A stretch of 64,000 nucleotides of DNA from Ostrea edulis. Its lineage: Eukaryota. The stretch lies in contig NC_079170.1 of the NCBI RefSeq assembly GCF_947568905.1, positions 15,252,001-15,316,000 of the forward strand. The letters run 5' to 3'. Both the position numbers and the translations under genes were made by a program. This document shows, piece by piece, positions 37,287-48,000 of the stretch. The notes beneath the pieces were generated by a model. It was given only the letters and a program-made list of their open reading frames with translations, was not told the DNA's origin and ran no database searches. How positions within the stretch are numbered: the first letter of the stretch is position 1; every line of letters starts with the position of its first letter.

Positions 37287-40200
37287 GTACGTCAGAAAAT
37301 GAGAAATACACCTATCAACCAGTGACATTGAATTATCCTCCTATGAGGGCCAGTCAAAGATTAATTAGTTAGAATAATTTAACTGTGTCTTGGAACAGGC
37401 CCTCACCAAATCGGGTCCGTAGGACATTATCACAATAACGAAGGAAATTCTTTCTAGATAATAATAAAAATACCATGTTTATATAGCACCCTTTTCATAC
37501 ACTGTGTACGCTCAAAGGTGCTTTACAATGCATATACACCTTACTACAGAATGTTATGCACATAATACATAGAAAATAAATAAAACATTAAAAAGCAATG
37601 ACATAAAAGGCGTTATCACATGTAAACAGTCCGTAGCTGTACCTATCCTGATTGTACATATAAAACATGAAAACACAAGATGCCATAAATATGCTAGATA
37701 AGAATAAACATCAGTTTCAGGGCGTATTAAAATAATAATAATAATGAAATACACACACGCACACACAGCATATAATGTCTTGGTTACAATACATTCAAAC
37801 ATAGAATTTTTTTTTTAAAGGTTAATCAGTAGGGTAAATACCCCCCTTTATCCTACCAATACGCCAATTTCGAGTTAAGAGCTCTCCTGTGTAGGAGGTA
37901 CATTTAGTAGAACTTTGAGGGCCTAAGTGGGACAGAGTGAACCTTCTGTCAGTGAGGAAAACGATAAAATGTATCAAAAGTGGCTTCTTTTTAAATATGT
38001 AAATATTGGAAACACAAAATACTATTGAAAGAAATGTTTTACTAAAGCAGAAACATAAAAACAATGTCATATTTGAAAGTAATATCCAGGATATGATACC
38101 TACGACCAATAAGATTACGTGATATAATAAGGATTCCATGTATCTAATTACTCCCTGAATACTTATCTCTTACTTAGTTTGTGTATCAGTTGAATTTGGG
38201 TGATGAAACAGCATATGAGAGACTTAATGAGTACATTCACTTATGCAGTGATGAATATTCGTCCCACTCCCGCATGTAAACAAGTTGTTTCGCGCCTTAC
38301 TATGTACGAGAGTTCTTCAAAGGGAAATAACTCGAGCATATCTCGAAACCCGCATATTGTAAGAGGTTACCACTGTTAATTATACTATAACCAAGTATTA
38401 GTTTTCATACAAGTTATCAGCTGTTTTTGAGTTACTCCATCCAATGTCAAAGCTACAGATTAGAAAAATACAAAGGCCTGTACATGTGAGGAAGTAAGAT
38501 TTTCTCACTGTAAAATGGTAGACAAGGGGCATAGCTCGCAGGGAAGATTCATTCACTGATCATCTAAAGTATGTAGCATGCTCCATTTTAGCTGTCATTC
38601 ATGTGCTCAGGAGTCCCGAAAGTCAAATTTTATAGAAATTCCATTCCTCTTTAGGGATAAGAATATTTAGTAGTCTGAAAGATCTAGTTAGAATAATCCA
38701 TGTGTATGTTGGGACCCCTCACATGTCTTAATACCAATGCCATTATGGTTTATCTAGGCAAAGCAAATCCGTTTTGTGTGTATTACTAAATTGTTAGCTG
38801 TTAATGTGAAATAAAGGTCCCAATATAAAATAAAAGGAATCTCTTTGAGAGTAAATGTGTAACGGGAAGGGAGAAAATGCAACGGACCAGACCGGGATTC
38901 GAACCCGGGCCCCCTGAATCTCTAGTCAGGTGCTCTACCAACTGAGCTAACTGGCCACCGGCGATCGAACCCGGCTGACCGCTACATTCCTCCCTCCTTA
39001 AATGTCTTCACACCTGAAGACATCAACCCAGGATCTTTATCCCCTGGTAGGCATTTTCACCTGTCAGTTCCAGGGGCTGGTCTACGGCACCAAATGTAAC
39101 AGGAAGGGAGAAAATGCAATGGACCAGACCGGGATTCGAACCCGGGTCCCCTGAATCTCTAGTCAGGTGCTCTACCAACTGAGCTAACTGGCCACCGGCA
39201 ATCGAACCTGGCTGACCGCTACAAACGAATCACATAAACTATGCAAAAGAATATCCATCAGTGCTCCCACTGGACCAGAATTCCCTTTCGCCACTTTTTC
39301 GGGGAGTGGCGCGGCACAAATAATCACATGCTTTACAATTATTTCCATCATATTATATATTATTTTATTCATTACACTTATTTTAGCATTTTGAATCAGT
39401 TACATTACTTAATCATATCCAGCTACCATACCTAAACATTTCTTTCTGAAATAATAAGAAGTTGATTTGTTTGATAAATTCTATTATGGAAATCAAAATT
39501 CAGATAATAAATCATATAAATATAAACTTCATGATGCTACACCCCTCCGTGAAAACAGTGTGTACATTGCCCGAAATGCAGATGTCACAAAACATCAAGC
39601 CCAATTTAGAGTCGTATCTCAACCATTCCCTATTAAATTTCCGTTTTTGTATGGAAGATTTTGCAATTTGGAGAGAATCAGATGTTTGAGGAGGTGGGGT
39701 TGACTGTAAAGCCAAACATAGATATTTTTTTTAAATTTTAGACTGACTAGGGTCAGAACCTACAAGTTTAGTGTCAAAATAGAATGGAGTGCATAGTCTT
39801 ATGAGATTAGCATTTTTATACTGTTGCGCACTGAACTTCAAAGAAAATTATTTATTAAAATTGCTATGTCCATATCAATGGTGACCGACCACATTGTTTA
39901 TGAAATATTCGAACTAAAATCAAACACATCAAAATCAAAATCTTGTAATCAACGAGCTTGGCCGCAAAAACAAACAATTGATGTATTCATATATACATTA
40001 TACACAATAATACGGCCAATTTAATTACGGGACGGTTCTCTGGTTAAGAATTGACATTAATGTGGAGATGATAACACGATAATGAATAAGACTTTAAATG
40101 TTAAACAATTGACCACAGCAGGATAAACAGCTGTCCGATGTACTTTATTACATAATCACCCACTTTTTTGCAGCCATAAATTACCTGAGGCTGTAACCAG

Positions 40201-42982
40201 CTCTGTGTGCACTGGAGCGACGCGAGATTTCCGGTCGCACGCGTGGACTGAATAAACAGATTTTGATTGCATAAACAAACAGGCGATAATGTGTCACTAA
40301 CAAAGGATTAAAAATACAATTTATTGCAAAAAGGGATTTTCGCCACTTTCAAATTTTTTTCGCCATTGTTGAAAAAAATTCGCCATTGGCGAAAATGGCG
40401 AAGCCCAGCTCGAGCACTGATATCCATGATAAATAAACTATTATGGTAACACAACAAATTATCTGCTATTTGGGTGGAACTACAAGTTGCAATGCATGGA
40501 CATTTCAGATTCCAGATTTCATGATTGGATGTTTTCTGTCGGGTTAAACATGGGGAAATTCATATGTAGTGAATCTAGGTCGCATGTATTAAAGATTACT
40601 CTCAACATAAACTACCATAGAATATTAAATTCTACCACAATGGATACCTATTGTATGATTTTGTTTTCCTAAAACCAGATCCATAGGACTAATATCAATA
40701 TTTAATAATAGAACACTCTAGTACTAGAATTAATTAAAGAGTTTGGTGCCATTCATTGTAATTATTCTCCATAGAAAGGTACATGTATAAATTTGTCTAC
40801 TTCCTCCAGTTCTAATGTTATTGCTTTCTTAAGTTGTTTTAGTAAAAAAAAAAAATAAATTTTTATTCACAGATTTTAGAGCCCTTCCAAGTAATTGTTG
40901 CTGCAAACAGGGCCATTCATCTGCAGAGAGTTAAAAAAATGATGACCAAAAATGTGCACTCAGAAGTTCTGTTTAGTCTTTCACCAAGTAAAAATGTAAG
41001 TAATTTTAACACCAGCAAAACAGGTTTTTTAATCATTAATTTAGAATATTTTTAATTAAGTGCAATGTGTTGATATTAACATAACATTTTTATCATTCAT
41101 ATTAATATTTGTATGTTCCTTTCATTTGATAGATATTGTCATTATAACTTGAAATAGATTTCAGATTCTTTTCGAAAGTTTGGGCTTGCAGACAATGACA
41201 CATCCATGTTTGTAGTGATAGTGAATGACACAGATGGTGCCACTTGTCAAGCGGTGACAAGCAAGGTTAAAGGTCAACTTACAGACATAGTGGAAGTGGG
41301 GAAATATTCAGACTTACCAACAATTAAGAAGGTTAGTAATGTTTCACTGAGTGTGTATTTGGAATACATCATTAAAACTCTCACTTAGGAATTCTTTACT
41401 CTCGGTATATCATGATAGCAAAAATGGACAAATTTGATAAAATGCTTTATTGTGTATAACCATATTGCAGCCTCTGTATGTATTACTCAGTCTGATTAAT
41501 GCCAGATCTTTGATCTGCTCCGGTAATATCATGTAGCTAATCAATCTGATTAAAATCAGCCTCTCGATCCTCTATTTTATATTGTCGCTTCACGAGGATC
41601 CTCGTGCAGCGACAATAAGAAGCCGGTTCAAGTAACTGATTTTAATCAGATTGGTAGCTACACAAAGTGGCAACATGATATTACTGGAGTGGATCAGAGA
41701 TCTGATTTTAGTCAAATTGAATATAACATGTAAAATACATGTATGTTACATTTTAAGACCAAAGTAGAATTGACATTTTCCTTCATCGCCATGAATTTGC
41801 ATCGCATTGCTTTGCATAGTTCTTATTGTTGTAAACGTTAAACAAGACATACACACATATATTTGTGAAGCTGGATGTGCTATGTGCTCAGCATAAATTA
41901 GCCTTGCTTGATATTTGTGATCTTTGATGATACAGGCTGTCCAGCGGCCCTAAAATTCCTAATTTTTTTCAGTTTTGCTAAAATTCCTAAAAAAATGTAA
42001 AATTCAAGGGGAAATCCTAAAAAAGCCCTTATTTTTCATGTCAATTCCTACTTTTTTATCAGTCTTGAAAAATCAAAATGCATTCATACAAAATGTGTGT
42101 TATTAACGTAGATTGCAGTTCTTATTCAGATAATGCTGATGCAATGAAAGGCAGTTGACCTGTGGATCCATGTGTCAAGCTTGTTTATTGGTTGTGACTT
42201 TGTTGAGATTTTAGGTTATAGCCAATAATAGCTGAGACCATGGAACACTGGAATACGCCCTTCCTGTACTTACATCTTATTTGTGTGTCATGTGAGTTTC
42301 TTTATTGTCAAATTTGACAAGGTAAGTCCTTTTAAATAATTAAAACTTCCGCAATTTGGTTAAAAATTCCTAATTTCAGCCCTAATTTAACCCTAATTTT
42401 TTAAAATTTTACCCCTAAAATTTGCCCTTATTTTTTGTCCAAGGGTGCTGGACAGCCTGATGATAGAATTAGGTGGACTGACCTCAATCTGGTTAACCAG
42501 TATTGTTATGTAGCTTAACAAAGTAGTACGTTGTGTCGCAATATAACATTATCAGTGTGGATCAAAGATCTGATTTTAATCAGATTGACTGAAACTGTGC
42601 TTGCAGAATTGCATCTTCGCTAGCCAAGGGTTTTTGATCCACTGCATTTATGGGCAGCAGAATGGACCGAAAACCCTTGGCTAGCAAAGATGAAAAAACT
42701 GTAAATGAAGTGTCTTTCAAATTAATGTCAAAGGCAATCATGTTTGCTTTTACCCAATTACAATACAATACACAGAAAAAGCTGAAATAAATATTACTTA
42801 CAATTTATCAAGTTTTACTTTTAATTTCAAAAGTATAATTTAGTAACTACTCTAATAAGATTCCATTCTACTTTAATTGAATATTTCAGATCTATAAGAT
42901 TTCTGAAACAGAGCTGTCATCATGTAGTGCAGTCGAAGCCATTGTTTCAAGGATATCAAGTAAAGAAATTGTCACTGTTTGA
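37143..42982 (+). CDS. TPRKB: EKC/KEOPS complex subunit TPRKB (Cgi121), spliced CDS of 4 exons, 177 aa
   Basis: join(37143-37286, 40873-40995, 41158-41331, 42890-42982); all introns are phase-0 GT-AG. PFQVIVAANRAIHL, KMMTKNVHSEVLFSLSP, KFG.ADNDTS and IKKIYKISE..L...AIV.RI match Cgi121. AATAAA lies near 43697. Confidence 0.93.
38858..39223 (-). mobile_element. Miniature LTR retrotransposon (TRIM) with tRNA-like sequence in both LTRs
   Basis: Two 129-bp TG..CA direct repeats (39223-39095 and 38986-38858; 5 differences) around a 108-bp interior. A PBS TTTGGTGCCGT follows the 5' LTR and a PPT AAGGAGGGAGGAA precedes the 3' LTR. Flanks AATG/AACG fit a 4-bp TSD with one transition. Confidence 0.88.
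39259..40419 (-). mobile_element. Internally deleted hAT DNA transposon with a TTF-type zinc-finger remnant
   Basis: TIR CAGTGCTC..GAGCACTG; perfect 8-bp TSD ATATCCAT on both sides; internal ORF 39512-39715 KRKFNREWLRYD...MFCDIC...FTEGCS resembles the hAT/ZNF862 N-terminal ZnF. Confidence 0.85.
40873..40995 (+). CDS. TPRKB: TPRKB exon 2
   Basis: ttcacag|ILEPFQVIVAANRAIHLQRVKKMMTKNVHSEVLFSLSPSKN|gtaagt. Confidence 0.93.
41158..41331 (+). CDS. TPRKB: TPRKB exon 3
   Basis: aaatag|ISDSFRKFGLADNDTSMFVVIVNDTDGATCQAVTSKVKGQLTDIVEVGKYSDLPTIKK|gttagt. Confidence 0.9.
41487..41720. mobile_element. Nested pair of foldback elements (inner copy 41541-41654)
   Basis: Outer termini TCAGTCTGATTAA..TTAGTCAAATTGA; inner TCAATCTGATTAAAATCAG..CTGATTTTAATCAGATTGG with flanks TAGCTAA/TAGCTAC. 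Confidence 0.7.
41933..42459. mobile_element. Non-autonomous TIR element (hAT-like termini), 6-bp TSD
   Basis: CAGGCTGTCCAGC..GCTGGACAGCCTG; ATGATA is duplicated on both sides. Confidence 0.75.
42890..42982 (+). CDS. TPRKB: TPRKB exon 4 (terminal)
   Basis: atttcag|IYKISETELSSCSAVEAIVSRISSKEIVTV*. Confidence 0.9.
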   Translation: MYKISETELSSCSAVEAIVSRISSKEIVTV

Positions 42983-43372
42983 CGGCTCCATGATAGTTTC
43001 TGTTTTGTGTGGTACATCATAAATTGTGAAGAACTGCAACATTTAACTGGGATTTCAAGCCATAGATGATCAGAACACTGTTTTTATTGTATTGAGTAAC
43101 ATGTAACTTGTAATGTCCATGAGAGCTTGAAGCTAATAAGAAAAGATGGTGTATATGTGTAAAGAATTTTAAGAAAAAGACATAATATGTGTGAAATGTC
43201 CATATTTATTGTACAATCCATAATAATAATGATGAATTCAATTATAAGCACTGAGGCTTAATATTGATTTCTTTAGGTACATGTACATTTTTGCAACTGA
43301 AAGTCAAAAGCATATGTTATTTGAGCATTTTTACCATTTTACAAGAATCTTGAAAAACCTTTGAAACGTTGA

Positions 43373-43481
43373 CCAGTCTAATTAAAATAAAACCTCTCAC
43401 TTCTCTTGATATACGGACAATGGCACATAGTTACTGTCTGTATATCGAGTGAAATGAGAGGTTTGATTTTAATCAGTCTGG
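43373..43481. mobile_element. Short foldback element, same terminus family
   Basis: 109-bp palindrome with a perfect 7-bp TSD, ACGTTGA. Confidence 0.7.
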
Positions 43482-44470
43482 ACGTTGACCAAGTTATGTG
43501 CAAGTGTAAGGAACGATAACTCTGGGTAAAGATGGTGTTTAATGTTGACGAACAGCATAATCTAACATACATGTATATTTGCAGTGATTTTAGTATCATC
43601 CATGTATTCAATTAAATCTTAGATACATTAAATTCATTAATATTGTTTAGTGGATGAACTTTTAGGTCTTGATGTAGAATTTGTTTACTAAAAGTGAATA
43701 AATATTTTTCTGAAATGGTATGGTTTATTTGGATATTTATGAGTATTTTTACTGAAATGGTATGGTTTATTTTGTTTATGAGTTAACATGAGGAATTGTA
43801 TATGGAGAGAGATAGAGAGAGTTCTAGATAAATGTATATGTAATTTTATATCATTGTGTGTGTCTCTCTGTTTTTATAACAAGATTTCTCTTGCATGTAC
43901 AATTACAATTACTGTATATCATGAATTGGGTGCTGTGATGTACATTGGTGAGGCATTTGCCTGTCTGCAGTACCCTGGTGCTCCTAGATGTGTAGATACA
44001 TGTAGTTAACCGTTGGTACACGATCTCTCACCCTCTCTTACTGGTCGGAATATTTGGAGCTATTAGATATTTATACACCCGTCTGTTGACAGGTTGTATT
44101 ATAGTATGGGCTTTCTCTCCCACTTGCTGGCTTTTTCATGTCCAGGTCATATCTTTTACATTGTGAGGCCGAGGACTATTGAACGTGGTCAGTTGATGCA
44201 TCATGGAAGAAAGGTGTGTTGTGACCCCAGAATAGGTCACTTTGGCCTCCTGGAACTTTATGACTATATATAACTGAATTGTGTCTGGATCGTATCGTGC
44301 ACACTGTGAGGCCTAGGATCATCATACTTGGTTCAGTTATTAATGCCTCTTGGGGAGGTGTGGCACCACCTTAAATAACTCACTGTGGACTCCTTTTCAA
44401 ATTTATGGCTATACATGATTAGCAAAATGTGTCCACATCATGATATCTTGTACACTGTAAGGTCTTGCTC

Positions 44471-44840
44471 CATCAGATCTGATCTGCTGATGGCTGTTGG
44501 GGTATACAAACATCAGATCTGATCTGCTGATGGGATGTTGGGGTATACAAACATCAGATCTGATCTGCTGATGGGATGTTGGGGTATACAAACATCAGAT
44601 CTGATCTGCTGATGGGATGTTGGGGTATACAAACATCAGATCTGATCTGCTGATGGGATGTTGGGGTATACAAACATCAGATCTGATCTGCTGATGGCTG
44701 TTGGGGTATACAAACATCAGATCTGATATGCTGATGGGATGTTGGGGTATACAAACATCAGATCTGATCTGCTGATGGGATGTTGGGGTATACAAACATC
44801 AGATCTGATCTGCTGATGGGATGTTGGGGTATACAAACAT
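44471..44840. repeat. 40/41-bp minisatellite (~9 units)
   Basis: CATCAGATCTGATCTGCTGATGGGATGTTGGGGTATACAAA. Confidence 0.95.
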
Positions 44841-45599
44841 AGGTAAGCATGATGTATCAGTAGTTCTATACGGGTGTATTATGTACCCGAGCATTGTGCA
44901 CTTTATTCAGACTAGAATTTTTGGGAAAAACGTGAATTTTTTTTCCTTCCTAAGAGTAAGTAGCTTTGCTCTTAGTTCTGTTAACTGTGCATATTAGTAT
45001 ATTCGGGGACCGTATTCAATCTTGGGATTCTCATTTTAAGGAATATGTTGACTAAATCAATGGTTAGTGACAATGTGTGGAGTACATTGACTTAATGGCT
45101 GAGATCTGGTGATGTTAATACTGAGAAAGAAATACAATACGTGAAAGACTGAATAATTCGTTTCAACAAACATTTTCTAATCTGTGTTTCTAGTGTTCTT
45201 GATTCTCATATTTCCTTAATGGTTTTAACATACAAGTAAATAGAAATCTCCTTTAGTCAACAGAACTTCTGATGTTTATAAAAAAGAATAAAGAAAAAGG
45301 ACTCTCCTCTCCTAAAACTGCTTTACTTAAACAGGTATATCATTATCATTCAAAGTATTTTATATTAGGATTTTGAAATAATCTATGGGACATGCAATGC
45401 ATATAACTATGCCTAGCAGTCTAGTCATTGAATTCATTTGTTCAGAAATATCAAAAGCAATAAATTGATATGAATAGGCCTATGCATCTATAATAAATGC
45501 ATAAAATTCATTAAAATGGCTGATAAATTATCCAGTATTTATTGTTCTAGTAAAGCGTATTTTGGATTTATTTTATGAATTTTAAACAAAGTATTTACC

Positions 45600-45710
45600 G
45601 AAACATTTTACGTAATACGAGTTATCGCCCTTTATACGGAGCTCGGAGTGCAGTCTGGTTGAGCCGCGCCGGGAGTTTTCATATAATTTGCGAAGACCAC
45701 ACTTAAGCAA
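45600..45710 (+). promoter_or_regulatory. CpG-rich patch ending in a strong donor; possible first exon or promoter of the kelch transcript
   Basis: GGAGCTCGGAG..GAGCCGCGCCGGGAG in an AT-rich background, then GCAA|GTAAGT at 45711; the link to the kelch gene is inferred only. Confidence 0.25.
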
Positions 45711-46069
45711 GTAAGTGTTTAGACAGTGTTTATGTTGTGTAAATGGTTGCATTAAAATGACACACCCTCCTTGCATGCACAATCGGTCTATCGTCACATC
45801 TTGCAATGGTATGCATACGGTAAAGCTATGCATACCAACCGCACTGTCTGACTCGAATTTCCTCGAATCGTCATGCTTTGGTAACTAGAAATGAATACAT
45901 ATATATCTTAGCGCTATGCTTCTTCCGTACTGAAAGTATAATTATTACACAAACATGTCTATGTAAATTAAGATTTCTACGTGACGGGAACAACGCATCA
46001 TAAAAATATTTTTGTAAGTTTTGAATTATTTTTTCCCCATATAGATTCTAGTGAGAATTTCAATGTCTG

Positions 46070-46330
46070 GTACCAGATACCGGGATAGGTCAGTTGGTAG
46101 AGCAACTGGCAAGAGATTAAGAGGGGTGGGTGGTGGCTTTGTAGAATTTCGGTTTGATCTGGTCTGTTGCAATTTCTTCTTTCCTCTTACATTGGTGCCG
46201 TAGATCGATTAGTCCCTTGAGGTGACAGGTGAAAATGCGTTATGGGATGAAGGTTCTGGCCTGGGTTGATATCTTCATAGTGGAGGGAGGAATATGGTGG
46301 TCAGACAGGTTTGATGAGCGGCAGCTGAGT
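46070..46330 (+). mobile_element. Degenerate second copy of the tRNA-bearing TRIM
   Basis: GGTCAGTTGGTAGAGCA A-box, LTR end TTACA, PBS TTGGTGCCGTAGA (46192), interior GACAGGTGAAAATGC..CTGGGTTGAT, PPT GGAGGGAGGAA (46282). Confidence 0.7.
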
Positions 46331-46485
46331 TGTAAGAGTACTTGAATAGAAATTCAGGGTGGTATCAGTTTGTATCCTGGTAGTCTTATCAATTGAATCT
46401 CCCTCTCTGTTGTACACAGAAATTAATACTTGTGTTAATCCATGTGAGATTTATTGAGGCTGGATACAACGGATCTTGCTGATAT

Positions 46486-46936
46486 TATAGAAGTGTGTGA
46501 TATGTCAGGGTATAGGAGTGTGTAATATGTCAGGGTATAGGAGTGTGTGATATGTCAGGGTATAGAAGTGTGTGATATGTCAGGGTATAGAAGTGTGTGA
46601 TATGTCAGGGTATAGAAGTGTGTGATATGTCAGGGTATAGGAGTGTGATATGTCAGGAGTGTGTGATATGTCAGGGTATAGAAGTGTGTGATATGTCAGG
46701 GTATAGAAGTGTGTGATATGTCAGGGTATGGAAGTGTGTGATATGTCAGGGTATAGAAGTGTGTGATATGTCAGGGTATAGAAGTGTGTGATATGTCAGG
46801 GTATAGAAGTGTGTGATATGTCAGGGTATAGGAGTGTGTGATATGTCAGGGTATAGAAGTGTGTGATATGTCAGGGTATAGAAGTGTGTGATATGTCAGG
46901 GTATAGAAGTGTGTGATATGTCAGGGTATAGGAGTG
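46486..46936. repeat. 25-bp minisatellite (~18 units)
   Basis: GTGTGTGATATGTCAGGGTATAGRA. Confidence 0.95.
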
Positions 46937-47204
46937 AAACTTTCAATTTCAGGTAAAAAAAATAATGCAAATCTCTCTGAATAGACAATGCAGTTCTGAT
47001 CAGCGCATGGTCAAAGGTCTTAAATTCGACAAGGTCTACATTTTGTCCTTTTGTATACATCTCGTTCGTTCTTGTGAGAGCTTGAACATAATACAATGGT
47101 AGACTGGCAATGAAATCAATTGATTTCAATCAAATGAACTTTAAACAGATTTATGAATGACTTATTTCATAAAAGTTTTCACCCTGAAAAATGACTTGAT
47201 TACG

Positions 47205-47457
47205 TTAACACACGACAGTTCCATCGCTAAACGCTCAGCATTGGGTGTGAGTGTCTCGGGTCCTCAAAGATGACCTTAAAAACAAAGTCCCGTGTCACAG
47301 TAGGTATGACACGCTAAAGAACCCTCACTCTATACTCAATGGCTGTAAGCGCTAAGCATAGGCCTAAATTTGAAGCCCTTCACCAGTCTTGATAACATCT
47401 CCATATGAGTGAAAAATTCTTGAGAGGGATGTTAAACAAGATACAAATCAATCAATC
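47205..47457 (+). mobile_element. SINE copy related to 27365-27652
   Basis: GTCCCGTGTCACAGTAGGT..GCATAGGCCTAAATTTGAAGCCCTTCACC..CAATCAATCAATC. Confidence 0.65.
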
Positions 47458-47871
47458 ACTTTATAAATACATATCTGAAATTATATTACGGATTTGACCT
47501 TGCTCCACACAAATCAAAAGCATGTCGTCTGCTTAGACTAAAAGTTAATCGATGATGGTTTGGGAGATCCTATGCATAGATGATGTAACTGTCGAAAAAG
47601 GGACCCTGTGATGTCGACGCCCATTGTTACATCTCTATTTTCAATGCATTGCTAATAGAAATAGATATTAAATATTATGGGTTGAATTCCTACTTTTAAA
47701 AGATTAAGGTTCCAAATTGGATGAAGTTTTTACAGCTCACTTAAATTTTGTGGAGAATTCCTCAATATTGATGTTTAAAACTGACACATATTTTAAATAG
47801 GCTGTCAAAATATGGGTGCACGAGGATAATCTAAATCAATTGTTTCAATTATTTTATGCCTGTTTATAGAC

Positions 47872-48000
47872 ACAATCTAATCAAAATTAGACTTGTAGAC
47901 CCACTCCTCTATGATACGCTTATATTATGAACAATACATTATATTGATTGAAGTGTATCGTAGAGGAGCGGATCTACAAGTCTAATTTTAATCAGATTGT
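47872..48000. mobile_element. Short foldback element, same terminus family
   Basis: ACAATCTAATCAAAATTAGACTTGTAGA..TCTACAAGTCTAATTTTAATCAGATTGT; TSD unclear. Confidence 0.65.

Noticed and set aside
38884-39193. Two tRNA genes (38884-38956 and 39121-39193, minus)
   Set aside because: The anticodon arm has an 8-nt loop or mis-registered stem, and both units lie inside the LTRs of a TRIM.
42980-43100. Selenocysteine read-through of the TGA stops of TPRKB or EIF4E3
   Set aside because: Both stops fall at the expected C-termini, EIF4E3 has TGA-TAA, and I saw no SECIS-like element.
21374-46936. CRISPR-like arrays (31-, 41- and 25-bp repeats)
   Set aside because: Units are head-to-tail with no unique spacers, there are no cas genes, and the context is eukaryotic.
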